A DNA stretch of 64,000 nt from contig NC_092673.1 of NCBI RefSeq assembly GCF_964355755.1, positions 33,911,648 to 33,975,647 of the forward strand. The letters run 5' to 3'. The DNA is from Antedon mediterranea (taxonomy: Eukaryota > Animalia > Echinodermata). The translations under genes were made by a program, and so were the position numbers. Below are positions 1 through 12,881 of the stretch, in pieces (the first letter of the stretch is position 1; the number at the start of each line of letters is the position of its first letter). The notes under the pieces are model-generated. The model ran no database searches. It was not told the origin of the DNA and saw only the letters and a program-made list of their open reading frames with translations.

Positions 1-188
1 GGGGGTAATAATATAAAATAAGTGTTTATAATATATTGTCTTTCTTGACAGTTTGGGGTCAAAATATCAACATTTATTTTACAAAAGTCTTTTTTGACAT
101 CCATCAGGTCATTGTCATCTTATGAACCTGATACTTTGGGTTTTTTTAAATTTCTTTGAAATCTGTACAGCATTAGAAATGATCTTAC

Positions 189-3100
189 ATGAAAGTTCTG
201 GAAGCCCTCTTGGCTAGCCTCATATCTTTTCTAACACTTGGTGATGAAATCACATCCTCACTAGAGTTCCTTAGTGGTGGTTCTATTTCATTTGAAAGCA
301 TACAACTGTCAAAAAAAAAATTGTATATTAATAAACATTTATTGACGAACTTTTAAATGGTAACGCCATTGCTGCCTGCATCATATTCCACTGTTTTACA
401 GAATTTGCCTATGATACTAGAGAAATTATACATACAGTTCTGAGAATCGGGTACTCATTTTCAAAACTTAATTTCAGTAGCAACCACTTAGTGTTTTGTT
501 TTTCTCATTAAACAATTTAAATATTTTATTTAAAGTTACATTAAATTCCGTACATTAGAAAGATATAAAAGGTCTTACCATTCGTCGTAGTTCCTTCCAC
601 GTTGTCTTTTGAACCAATCATCAAAGCCCTTGTCTTTCTGCAGGTTGTAGTTCTTAGCTGCAGTCTGCAGAAGTTTGATTTGGGCCAGTACCTCAAATTC
701 CTAACAAATAAATGTTAACAAAATATGAATATTCTACACTCATCTGTATTACTATTCATACGCCATGTTCCACACACTAACAATGGCTTAAACATCTCAC
801 ATTGTATGTTCTAACCTGCCAGTTGGAACACACTGAAATGCATTCATTCCCACTAGGATGCAACGGAAGGACGTAAGCGCAACGCAAGCGAGTTGACCAA
901 TGACAAACGACAGTTCGACTGTCACCTTCTCTTGTCATTGGTCAAATTACTTGCATTGTGGGAATTTGGGTTGCAATTTAAAAATGTAACAAAATTATTT
1001 TACCTTTCTTTTTTTCTCAAAATTAATGAGTCCACCTTCTACGTAATCTGGAAATGCTGTGTCAATCATAGTAAGATCTGTAAGGAAGTATCCAAGATAT
1101 GGAATAGTACCATACACTGGACCAATCTATAGAAAATTGAAATAAAGTCAGTAAGAACAAAATAACACAAACTATTGCATGACCTCAATGCATCCTTGCT
1201 ATTTGATTGGTTAATTTCATTTCATGTGTCATTCAGTATTAGTTCTATTGTATGGTAAATGTTGTATTCAACCGTTCTATTATTTTAATAATTTGATTAC
1301 ATGGCAGCTTTTAGTATTTTTTTAAAACATTTTGTATAATGTAAAGCTGGTGACAGTTGGGCGTTTGAAAACCAACATGTATTGTGCATTGACCTTTATT
1401 GGTTCCATCTAACTATATAAATTATTAAATTATGAAATTTAAAATTGTCTCTAGCAGGATGTGAACCCACAACCTCAGGAATATAAGGCAAGTATACCAA
1501 CACATGTTACGAATGTAAATAAGGGGCTTACAGGCTCTTCTGTCTGTTTCTTATCTGAAAATCTTCGAATTAAACTTTTCATGGACCTTGTTGAGCCGCT
1601 TGAACTAGGGCTGACTGCCTGTGTACTGGCAAACTTGGCTGTACCTTCCTAAAAAAGTAGAAAAAAAGCTAGCTTTGAATTCATGTTTAGACCTACAAAA
1701 CCATACCTATTATAGGCCTATAAAACAAGGTTTTATACAATACATAATTGTAATATATTTGTATTTCCACTTCAGTTTATTTCAATTCACCTCCAGCGAG
1801 TCAAGATGTTTCATCGGGCCTCGACATTTGACGTTGTCCGAGCTGGCCTTAATACGATAAATTTTTCAATCTTTCAAACGTATATTTACCTTGTTCAACA
1901 ATTCTCTATGTGCCTCATGGTTGTTTTCATCGCAGAATATATCAGATAGATCTTCAAACAGTTGCATATGCAATCTAAACAACATAAAATCATACAAAAA
2001 TGTAATAAAAGTGGGAACCAACCTTGTGAGAATGTTTTACAAATTGGATTCATTGATACATTACTATATTGGAGTTTGCCTCACACGTCTTTAGTTTTAA
2101 TTAATCTCTTTATTGAAATATAACAAAAAAGAATCATACTTGCTGAGATCTGCCCAAGTGTTCTTTAACCGATGAATTGGGTGTGATTGTAATGCACTTA
2201 TTATTGCTTTCAAAGATGAGAAATTCTTCAATGTGCGGCACAGCTAAAAACAAATAGGTAATTATTGAACAAAGTTTAGGTTTACTTACAAACGGTAAAA
2301 GAAAATTCACAGCAAGAAGAAAGCAGTCAAACTACCTATAGTAGAGATTCTTTCTTTGATTTACGTATCATAAACAAGTCATTACCTTAATATCACATTG
2401 TTTCAAGCCCAACTTTCAACACTTTTAAACGAACATATGACTCACATACAAACTATGAGAGGAGAGTAATACTCTTTGCCTCCTTTTTTTACTTAAGGTA
2501 AACATCACTTAAGGTAAACATCAGTTAAGGTAAGAAAAATAAAAGTAGATATAGATAATAAAAGAGTAGCCTGGTCACTTACTTGAGCAATATCAATCCA
2601 CTTGGCAATAATCTTGGCAGAGGCTGCTTCCTTTAACATCTTCTTGTCTAAGATGGTTGTCATCACTTTGTATAGAACAGCATTAAACTGGTCCACTGTT
2701 GCCTTAGCTGTTGGGGCTTGACTACCAGACTTCTTACTGCGTCTCGCCCATACAGATCCTAGACAGTGCTGAGGTATCACCCGACGATAGAGCTCCTGCA
2801 AAATTTGTAAAAAGCAAAATTCAATACTTTGATTTGTAGTGTTCAATGCACACATTGTTGTAAAATCTGGCTGTAGCTTGGTGGTTAACATGCTTGCCTT
2901 CCAATGTCAAGAACAACAAAATTATGTGTCGTGTGATATTAGTTTGTTGTCTATTTTCAATTTCATAAATTTAGTTTCAATTTGAATTGATGTGCTTGAG
3001 ATAACAGATCAACATATTATTAATTCTTTAAGCTCATTTAAGGTGTGAAATAAAATATCTGTAAATGTGCTTCACATGGAATCGTAAGGTTATCTGTTTT

Positions 3101-6100
3101 TTAGTTGTATAGAGTTTGTCAAAATACATCACGAGTGTTGAATTGATTGTTTGTTGTTGTTGTTGTACTACACATTTATTAAAAAGGGAAAGTTAGTATC
3201 GATGAAGTAAAAACAATGTAGCAAAAGTGCTTGAATATTATTTTAATCGGTTCCTGGAGAAGAACGAGGTCAGAGGAAAAATAAAGTGGATCTTATGATA
3301 TAATTTTGAATGATACTTCCTGTCCAATATGCCAAATATAAACTGGATTTGTTATTGAAAACACAATATGCAATGTAAAAATCATGTAGTACAGCATCTG
3401 TACAATTATAGTCCTAACATATACTGTATGCATTCAAGTATCTATTATGAAAATGCACATCTATTTTCTATAATGTTCTAAATATGAACCTTGTTTACAA
3501 AGTACTTATGACCTCCGCCAAGGAGGTTATGTTTTCATGCGTGTGTGTTTGTTTCTTTCAATATTTGTTAGTTAGTGGGATTACTCAAAAAGTTATTGCC
3601 CGATTTTAAAGGATGGTTTCGTAGCTGTATGGGAACACGTCATTATATTATAATATGCCTAGGTGGAGGTTTGTGCTCTATAAATGCTCTTCTACTTTAT
3701 TTATGTAACAAAATAACATGCTTTATAGTACTTAAATAGGAATAAGCAACATGCTTTATATTACTTAAATAGGAATAAGCAACATGCTTTATAGTACTTA
3801 AATAGGAATAAGCAACATATTTTGTAGCACTTACTGTATTACAAACAAACAATATGTTTTATAATATTTATTACGAATAAGAAACATGTTTTATAATATT
3901 TATTACGAATAAGCAACATGTTTTATAGTACTTAAATACAAATAAGCAACATGTTTTATAGTATTTATATACAAATAAGCAACATGTTTTATAGTACTTA
4001 AATAGGAATAAGCAACATATTTTGTAGCACTTACTGTATTACAAACAAACAATATGTTTTATAATATTTATTACGAATAAGAAACATGTTTTATAATATT
4101 TATTACGAATAAGCAACATGTTTTATAGTACTTAAATACAAATAAGCAACATGTTTTATAGTATTTATATACAAATAAGCAACATGTTTTTAATACCGAT
4201 TATGAATATTTTATTAGTATTTTGTGGTTTCTAATACGAATAACCAACTTTTTTATATAACATACCTTATGTAAATTCTTTAAACTAATAACTTTATTTT
4301 TTAAAATACTTACTGCATCCATGAAAGTGAGTTGTTCGGCAAATATGCGGCTGTCTATCTCAAGAAAACTGTTGTAACTTTTGTTACGATCATGTATCAA
4401 GATATCAACCTCATCACAAAATGAAAAGTTGAACTTTCCACTTCCAACCAACTCATCTAAAAATGAATTTAAATAAAAATTAATGAGTTAAACAAATTGA
4501 TTTGTTAAACCAATATATTATTTATTGCACTATGATAACAATCTCAACTTAAATCAATCTCAATAAAACTCATGTTATGAAATAAATCAAGATACATAGT
4601 TGATCGAAAAAAGGACTGAACACTATGCTTAAACAAAGATAAGAAAACTATTTTTTGATGAATTATTAATTTAAATTCAATAAATATAAACTTTAGAAAT
4701 ACTGTATGTAGTTAGCAAAATATTGAAAAAGGTAGCATTCCTATTACAGTATGTTGGTATGAAATCATTTCACTTTCAGAATACTATATCAAAGAAAATT
4801 TGTTTTACAATTCTATGATCAGCAACATCTCTGCCTACACTACCAAACTAGTTTGACAAAAAGTGCGATGTGCTCAAATATAGTAGTGATATGCCCAAAT
4901 ATGGTAGTGATATGACATCATCATGTCCATATATGGGCACATCACATTTTTTTTATCACATAATGTTTGATAGTTCAGACAGAGCTTTAGTCAGCAAATT
5001 GTCTACATTTTGATCCAATTATGGAAAGAAAAGTGGTAATTCTATCAGCTAGTTCAGCTGGAGTTCATGTCCATCAGCCTTAAGAATAATAATTTACAGA
5101 GATGTGGAGATGTAGCCTGGTGGTTTTGTTTCTTATTTACTGATAATAATAATAATGTCATTCCTATTGCCTCTAAGCGCTTCACATTATTACCACGGTT
5201 GTGTATAGTTTTGGATAAAACATATATGGAAACATACTCCCATAAGGCAGCCTTAGCGCAGTTGTGTGCTTGACCTTATCAGGTACCCATTTGTACACCT
5301 GGATGGAGAGAGGCAAACGTAAGTAAAGTATCTTGCCCAAGGATACAAGCAATGCGATGACAAGTGTTAGATTTGAACTCCCGATCGCATGATCAGTAGT
5401 CCAACATCAAACACACTGTGCCACAAACCTTGATCAATGTTTTTTGGGTTCAAATCCTGGCAGATGTCAGGACTCAATTCCACTACCATATATAATATTT
5501 ATTCAAGACTATACTTGTTTAGAGGATCTTGTCTTTTATTTGCCCAGTGAGATAGATTACCATCTTTCTGATATTAGGAGACCTTTCTTACCGTCACTAT
5601 TACTCTCATCAACTCTGAAACCTTCTAGTTTGAGATGTGCTCGTTGATACAGCTCTTTATCGTTGACCTCTTGGCTGAATGCCATTAATCTCTGTAAACA
5701 GGAGTGATTGGGGGGCTCACGAAAATCATCCATGTTCTCATCCATCCACACCATTAACACTGATCGAATATTCCTGGAAAAGAAAAAAGCAGTTTTCATT
5801 AGAACATAAAGATATGTTATTATATTAAAATATCTACATTTTTATATGAACAATGAATTTCCGAAAGGACCAATAAAGATAACGTGACTTGAACTTGATT
5901 TGACTTGGCTTCTGTGGATAAACACACTACATTCTCATACCTACCATAAAGTGTTTATAGACTACTGTATGTGTTTTGACACATACATTGGGTTAAGTTT
6001 GGGAAGTAGTAGGCCATTTAACATTAAATGACTCCAAATTTATGGGTAGATTATATTCAAAGGTGAGATTATTTCAGGGGTGGGGTTATATGCATAGGGT

Positions 6101-9100
6101 CGGCTTATACACCAAGGTGAGTTAAACCAGGGAGGGGTAGGCTTATAAACAAAGGTGTGCTACAGTATACCCAAATTCATTGAGTAATATCAATTTAGTT
6201 GGAGGAGAGAAACTATGTGAAAAATCATAAAAACTGAAATTTGAACTCAAACTTTTCCGCTTGTTATTGATTTGCAGATAATCTACTGTTAGATAAAATT
6301 TGATAGCGAATATTTTCCCATTCAACTGCACTAGTTCTTGATTGTATGTACACGCAATTGATATTCAATTGATATACTCTCCTTTTAGCATGAATTTACA
6401 AGGTGAATAAATGTATGATATTTCTAATTACAAATTCAAAATGACATGATATAAAAATCCATCTAATCAAGGTCAAAGGTGAACAAGGAAATGATAAATG
6501 ATATAAATACTAAAGATTAACTACTGACCTCCCGATTTATTGATATGATAATAAAAAGAAACAAGGCCTCATATTAATTTATCTATCTTGGATTTTGCTT
6601 AATTGCTCGCTTAGTTTAACAATAATGAAAATGAAATTATGTTTAGGAAAAGCAGTAGAAAGTAAATTAAAGACATTAATTATAAATAGATAAGTCAGGA
6701 CATATGAACTCACTAAATGTATGCAGTGGAAATATGTTCTTTTAGTGTGTGTAGCATTTTTTTTGGAACTGAAGGATGAACAAAATTGATAATGTATTTA
6801 ACTGATATAATGTCTCTTCAGTATGGTAACCTTTGTGAAATCAAGCATTTGTAAACTTGTTGATTGAAAACTGAATGATGGAAAACAAATTATGAAATGC
6901 GTAGCCACTTCTCAGTAGTGTATCAAAATAGGAACATTCTGTGATACTGCATCACATGTGAAAAACACATGTGATGCTGTATAGTATTATAATCCTAACC
7001 TACTACATAATCTAACATTTCATTTTGATTTGATTTGATTTATTTCGGCATCAGTACATAAGATATCACAGACATACAATTAAAATTGACAAATATAAAA
7101 ATACCAATATAAAACAAGGATGCCAAGGATAACTCATAAAAGTCCTCTACGGACTTGTTTCCAATGAGGTCCTTACAGGCATCACATGTGAAAAACACAT
7201 TGATGCCTGTATCATATTGTAATCCTAACCTACTCCTTAACTTAACATTCCATGATACAGACATCACATGTGATATACCTGAGATGCTGTATTATGGATT
7301 TTCTTTTGATATTGGACAAATATTGTCATATGTGGAGATATAGCACTGAAAATAGGGTGCACAATGTTATATGTCTTTGTGAAATCAAACATATAAAATA
7401 TGACAAGGGTGGGTGGAAAAAGTTACAAACACATTGATGTTATAACGTGACTTATGGTCACGGAATATGGAATATCTCAAACATATATTAAGGTAATTTT
7501 GGCTGGTCACTTTGGTATTATTCAAAATATGTCCAAATATTGAATGAATGCATTGATGCTACTAAATATATAAATTATGTTGCATTTTGAGGCATATGAA
7601 GTAAATGAAACTAAACTAAATCGCAAATATCAGAATGTAATCTTTGCTGAAAATGATCAAATATGGTGTTAAAATACAGCTCATTTACATTTTACGCAAT
7701 GATGGCGCCAAGCCATCCAGGGTAAGCTTCTCCAGGTATTTGCCTTTCTTGTCTAACCTGAGAACATATTAGAAAATATGATATTGCTTGTGGGAACAAA
7801 TCACTTGAGAAATATGTTCTATATGTTAATTACAGTGCAACATTGCAGTAGTGTACAAAGTAGATACATGATTATAGCATATTTTTGATCTTTGATTTTT
7901 AACAAAAGGTTAAACTAATATTTGTTTTTAGACTATTAAGTTAATAGATATATATGTGAAGATGATGTAGATACGCCGTGATGTAGATTATTATATATAC
8001 CCATGGCTTCAGATTGTATCGTTTTTAAGGAATGTATTTTATGGTGTTTTAACTGTGTTTAATCATGGCTGGTCTTATAGTATTTTTAAAGGGTAAATAA
8101 ATACAATATATGTATACAGTATATAGCACACTCATGTTTGTGTACTCTTATGTTCTTAATCAGAGTACCACGAGAAATGACTCTGACGATATTGTGCTAG
8201 TTCTGTGGTTCATAATTATTTTGAAAAACCTGAGCTGTACTGGCGAAATCTAAAACGATTCAAACAGTACTATCTGCAGATTGGGATAAAAATATATAAG
8301 ATGTTAAAGCTGCTTACTTTTGGACTGCTTGTATTACACGTTTGTTGTCTTTTTCTTCTTGTTCGATACTATGATAACTAAATATGAAAAAATGAAAATC
8401 AAAATACAGTAATACAGAAAAACTTGGTTATTAGCAATGTTATGTTTGATATGAATAAATAAAGTAATAAATATATGAATATTCATTAGGAAATAAACAT
8501 GCTTCTGTATTCAGCAAACAAAAATTTGATATAGCAGTGGAAATACTAACTCATGTTTGTTATGAATAAATTATCAAATCAATAAATATATGAATATTCA
8601 TTAGGTCAGTAAACTCACTTTTGTATAGTAAATCAAGAACTTGGTTATCAGTGGAAATACTAACTCATGTTTGTTATGAATAAATTATCAAATTAATAAA
8701 TATATGAATATTCATTAGGTAAATAAACATGCTTCTGTATTTAGCAAACAAAAATTTGATATAGCAGTGGAAATACTAACTCATGTTATTATAAATAAAT
8801 TATCAAATCAATAAATATATGAATATTCATTAGGTCAATTAACTCACTTCTGTATAAGTAAATCAAGAACTTGGTTAGCAGTGGTAAATGTCTGATAAGT
8901 GGCAAAGAATACACTAATAAAATTAGAGTCCATTTCGCTGACAGCAACCGTCAGATTCTCTACGAGTTTTTCAAGAGTGGCAGCCTTTGTGCTGCGTACT
9001 CGGTAGATCTCCCATTCCAGGCGAGAGGGACCAGACCCATCTCCTGCGGCCTGTAAACGAAAAACAACAATTGGTTAGAATTTTGGGGTATCAGCTCTAT

Positions 9101-10187
9101 GCATAGCAGTAATTGAAAATAAACTTGCATATTTTGTTGAGGAAGGAACACAATTGTCTGTTCATACAGTAGGTATATTCAATGCTCTAAAACCAGACTC
9201 AATCAATCAATCAAAATTAATACCATAATCTATATCATAATAATTAACTAAAGTAAACTCATTTCATAAAAATGGATTATGATAACATACTTGCCAGAAA
9301 CATCATGAGTTAGCCCAAATGTATTTGTTTTGGGATAGCTAATGACTCACGAGTAAAGCATGGCTACCAACTCTCAACAAAATAACAATTTAGAAACGAC
9401 GATGGTGGTTTGTGGACTGTACCATTTATGAATAGGGTGTTTAATGAATTATCTACTCTTCAAAGTAAGAATAAGGCTATTGTCGGTTTATCCAGGTAAG
9501 GTCGGCACAAAATATACTGTTTCTTTTCTTAGCCAAATAGAAGCTTTTGTTGTTAAATCCAGGTAAGTACAAAATAAGATTACCACCTTTGTTTTTGTAA
9601 CCGGAACAAGGCGAAAAATGGCCCAATGCCAAGAATGTCTTTTTCAAAAAATATATACTCGTTCTACAGTACTCGTTCCCAATGTTAGCAACATCAATTT
9701 TTATGTTGGCAATAATGTACTTTAACGATGATGATGACTAATACTTCTAATCACGTTTATTGCCAACATTACTCAGACCATGATGTTTAATAGGTATAAT
9801 TTGATTTTATGCTCCGCGCCATCTGTCCATACATTCTTTTAAACTTTGTTTTGACATAGTGTTGTACCAATATAATGTGTGTTATATTTCCGAAGTTTGG
9901 AAATGGTGTTTTGGATATTCTTTTCAGCAACAGAAACATAGGACCAATATAGTAATTTAAGATGCAAAAACAGACTCTAACATTCCAAAACGTGATCTTA
10001 CAATTGTCACGCTGTTGCTTTACACTCTTTGCTCTCATGTCAAATACAGTACTGTAGTAATAAAATAATAATTCATATTAACCTGCAGTGCAATGGGGCT
10101 GGTCCTATTGTAGCGAATCTTCTTCAAATAGACATTGTAAATAGCGCCCTCTTCACGTTCTTCTCCCCAAAACCGAGTGGCACTATC
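189..10187 (-). CDS. RGL1: Ral guanine nucleotide dissociation stimulator-like protein (RalGDS/RGL family; REM + RasGEF domains), multi-exon, 3' end (RA domain) beyond the left edge
   Basis: Phase-consistent GT-AG exons (minus): 10083-10187 ([26 protein letters not shown]), 8848-9050 ([12 protein letters not shown]...FFATYQTF), 8318-8377, 5592-5773 ([20 protein letters not shown]), 4314-4456 ([10 protein letters not shown]), 2583-2795 ([19 protein letters not shown]), 2140-2243 ([22 protein letters not shown]), 1890-1974, 1532-1648 (EGTAKFA), 1004-1126 ([19 protein letters not shown]...[10 protein letters not shown]), 579-700 ([12 protein letters not shown]), 189-305. These motifs match the RalGDS/RGL family; the exact paralogue name is approximate. 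Confidence 0.95.
846..963. mobile_element. Palindromic MITE (ttcccactag / gcaacgcaag / ttgaccaat family)
   Basis: Related copies at about 18316-18510, 28848-28972, 29605-29740 and 41965-42065; internal inverted ttgaccaatgac...gtcattggtcaa. Confidence 0.55.
3507..3698 (+). mobile_element. Short DINE-1/Helentron-like non-autonomous element
   Basis: 5' acctccgccaaggaggt inverted repeat, (gt/gttt) microsatellite, 3' ggtggaggt subterminal repeat, then a hairpin-like end and T run. Confidence 0.6.
3714..4190. repeat. About 33-bp minisatellite (aataagcaacatgttttatagtacttaaatag) with a 200-bp higher-order duplication
   Basis: About 14 units; 3781-3980 is nearly identical to 3981-4180. Confidence 0.9.
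4826..4986. mobile_element. MITE family A (agctctgtctacactatcaaa TIR; PIF/Harbinger-like TWA flanks)
   Basis: Degenerate TIRs and palindromic core gtgatgtgcccaaatatggtagtgatatgacatcatcatgtccatatatgggcacatcac. Confidence 0.75.
5140..5430 (-). mobile_element. tRNA-derived SINE
   Basis: On the minus strand: tRNA-like head with B-box gagttcaaatct, central tgtatccttgggcaagatacttt...ccaggtgtacaaatgggtacc domain, and a 3' aagcgctt + (att)n tail. Confidence 0.6.
7024..7178 (-). mobile_element. 5'-truncated non-LTR retroposon 3' end with (aaatc)n tail
   Basis: gatgccgaaataaatcaaatcaaatcaaa tail, with a similar tail at about 30228-30260; flanked by 75-bp direct repeats. Confidence 0.5.
7689..7757 (-). 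CDS. Candidate 69-nt phase-2/2 alternative exon of RGL ((K)[22 protein letters not shown](M))
   Basis: Acceptor ttttctaatatgttctcAG and donor GTaaat. Length is a multiple of 3 and the exon is open in the required phase between exons 8318-8377 and 5592-5773. Confidence 0.55.
8420..8890. repeat. About 115-bp tandem repeat (alternating units, about 230-bp dimer) overlapping the RGL exon 3' end
   Basis: Four copies of atgaataaat...aataaatatatgaatattcattagg; units include copies of the exon end and donor. Confidence 0.8.
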
Positions 10188-10699
10188 CTAAAATATAATA
10201 ATAAATAATATTTTAAATATTTGGATGTGGCATAGATTAAACACCTAAGTGAAAACAAAATATAACAACATTCTGAATGGTCAAAAAGTTGTTTATTAAA
10301 TGTATTTATTTTAGAGCCATAAAGAAATTTCTGTAAGATTTCAATTTGTGGGAAGTCTTGTTTCATGCGTTTTCTATGAAATGATTTATTGCTTTTAAGT
10401 CTGTAAAATTTGTTAATAAAGCAATAATGCAATCAGTAAATGTCTGGCTAATTAGGATTACAATCTAATAATTAGAAGAAACATGAACCAAAGTAATTCT
10501 AAACATTCGTGTTTGATAACATAAACTTCAGGAACTCTACCTAAAGAGAGGAAAAGGTGGGTATGCTAAAGTTAAAGTCAAGTCAAGTTAATTATACTTG
10601 ATTTAAAAGTCTAAAATTTTAGCTCAGGAAAATAAAACAGTATACATTAGAATCCCTCTCCATTGTGATACTCCTATTCAGGGGACAATATGTGGCATT

Positions 10700-10838
10700 G
10701 TGAATCCGGTCTCAGTGTGAACGTGAATCCGGTCTCAGTGTGAACGTGAATCCGGTCTCAGTGTGAACATGAATCCGGTCTCAGTGTGAACATGAATCCG
10801 GTCTCAGTGTGAACTTGAATCCAGTCTCAGTGTGAACA
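10700..10838. repeat. 23-bp minisatellite (gtgaatccggtctcagtgtgaac), 6 copies
   Basis: Direct reading; period 23. Confidence 0.95.
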
Positions 10839-11077
10839 TAACTTAAAGCTTTAATTAAGCTTACTATAATCTATGATTTTAATGCACACTGATAATGCTA
10901 TAACTATTTTCTGATAATGCTATAACTATTTTCAGTTTCATAAAGATTGTATTGTGAAACCTTCATATCTAAGATCATGTGTGAATTGAAACTAAATTTT
11001 GATATTACTGTAACAAATATTAAAAAAAAAAAAAAAAAGATTTATTATAAATAATAATAATAAAGTTGCTGATTTAC

Positions 11078-11101
11078 TTCTTTCGGATTCATTAGATTGG
11101 C
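11078..11101 (-). CDS. Candidate 24-nt microexon of RGL (ANLMNPKE)
   Basis: Acceptor ttttttcAG and donor GTaaat; phase 0/0, in frame with exon 10083-10187. Confidence 0.5.
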
Positions 11102-12483
11102 CTGAAAAAATAATGTTTAACAATTTTTTTGTTGAAATGACATTTTAATGTAACATCAGAAATTCACTTTGACCCAAAATTGGGATAAAAAAAATTTACC
11201 TGAAAATAGTAAAATCGGTCAGACAATGGTTTTTGGTCAAAATTTAAAACCTTTTATTTTGTCTTTTTTATTTAAGTGAAATTCCCTTTTTTTTTTTTAC
11301 GGAAGTGAAAAACATTATTATTATTATTAAACTGTGAAATGGCCAATTCTAAGTCTGATTTTATTAATCTCATGTTTTTGGGGATGATACATCTTTCAAG
11401 ATTCTTAGAATTGTTTTTGCATCATGGCTTCATAATAGCACATGATAACACATATGATGACACTGGGTTTCATTTTATAATCTATTAAACAATCCATAAA
11501 GCATTGACCACAAGATTCAAAAGGAAATGACAGCAACAGAACTGAAACAATGATTAGCATATCATTTTAAAAAGATAGGTTCAGTCATTAATGTAAAAAT
11601 TAGTCAATCAATCACATGTTTGACCCCTGACACCAATTAGTAAGATCTGTCAACTGATTTACTATCACTATCACTACTACAATTAATACTATTACAGTGT
11701 CACATTTGTTTGGTTATTACACTAAAAGATTCCTAATAAGGCTCATTCCAGTAAACAATTAGTTAATTAATTAGTACATCTTTGATGTCAATTAGTACAA
11801 TATGTTTAATAACAATTGATTTATTATAATATCGCATTGTTTGTTTGTTATACCAAGGTTTCACATACCTGTACAGTAGTAGTACACACCACAGTACAGT
11901 AGTAGAGAACTGATGTGACTTTAATATGGAGATAGTAAATATTGCATGTATGAGAAGTAAAGATCACAGACGTTCCAACCTGTTACCAGTAGCGTAACAC
12001 AGGGGAACTCCAAATTTTCCCTCCAACGCTGGGTAGTGTTGTATTGGGCTGGTCATGCTCTGGTGGCCTTTAAGCTCTGGGGTCCCTGGTTTAGCCATAG
12101 AATTTTCATAGCTGTTTAGTCACTGGTTCCAACCCTCCAGATTTTTCCGGGAGCCTCCCAAATTTTCATCCAATCTCCCTATCTTCCGAATATTAACAAA
12201 AAAAGGTTCTGGATTTCACACATAATTACTGTACAACAATGAACAATGTACCTCAAGTTAACATTGAAATGCTAATGATTACGCGGCAAGGTATTTTACG
12301 TCAAATTTGTTAAAACGTGCTGAATCCATTAAAGGGCGTCAGAGCCGTCAACAATAATGCAAACCTCCCGAAATTTTTAACTTGGGTGTTTCATCATCTG
12401 TAGTCATTTAACAGAAAAAAATTGATTTATTACAATATCACATGCGGTTGTTTAATGTTATAATAGTGTTTAATATGTATCAC

Positions 12484-12518
12484 CATGGAGAAATAAGTTC
12501 CTAACTTATTTCTCCATG
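12484..12518. mobile_element. 35-bp perfect hairpin with CATG termini and 7-bp TSD (gtatcac); P/Galileo-like micro-element or excision scar
   Basis: gtatcac|catggagaaataagtt-cct-aacttatttctccatg|gtatcac. Confidence 0.65.
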
Positions 12519-12881
12519 GTATCACACAGCATAACAGACTACTAACTGGTCTAATCTTAATTTTTGGGCTAGCAATCTATCATCTGAAAAAGTAAAAATG
12601 TCAATGTGCATCATTTTGTTTGTCAACACTAAACGCTTTGATTACAAGTTTACAGTGTGAAAATGAATCACAATAGTAGAACACATCAACAATTGCCAAT
12701 ACCAACAAACTTTGTACATATTGTTAAAATTAATTTATGAATCCCAATCTAAAAAAATAAATAACAACTTGATCAAACATTTGCGTGTATAAAATAATGT
12801 AAAAAAAAGTATAAATATTACAGTACCAAAAAACACTAAACAACGGAAAATAAGATTTTATTACTTTATAGTAATACCAAC

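Noticed and set aside
9289-9310. Another alternative RGL first exon (ATGATGTTTCTGGCAA|GTATGT)
   Set aside because: Its phase 1 end is incompatible with the phase 0 downstream exon.
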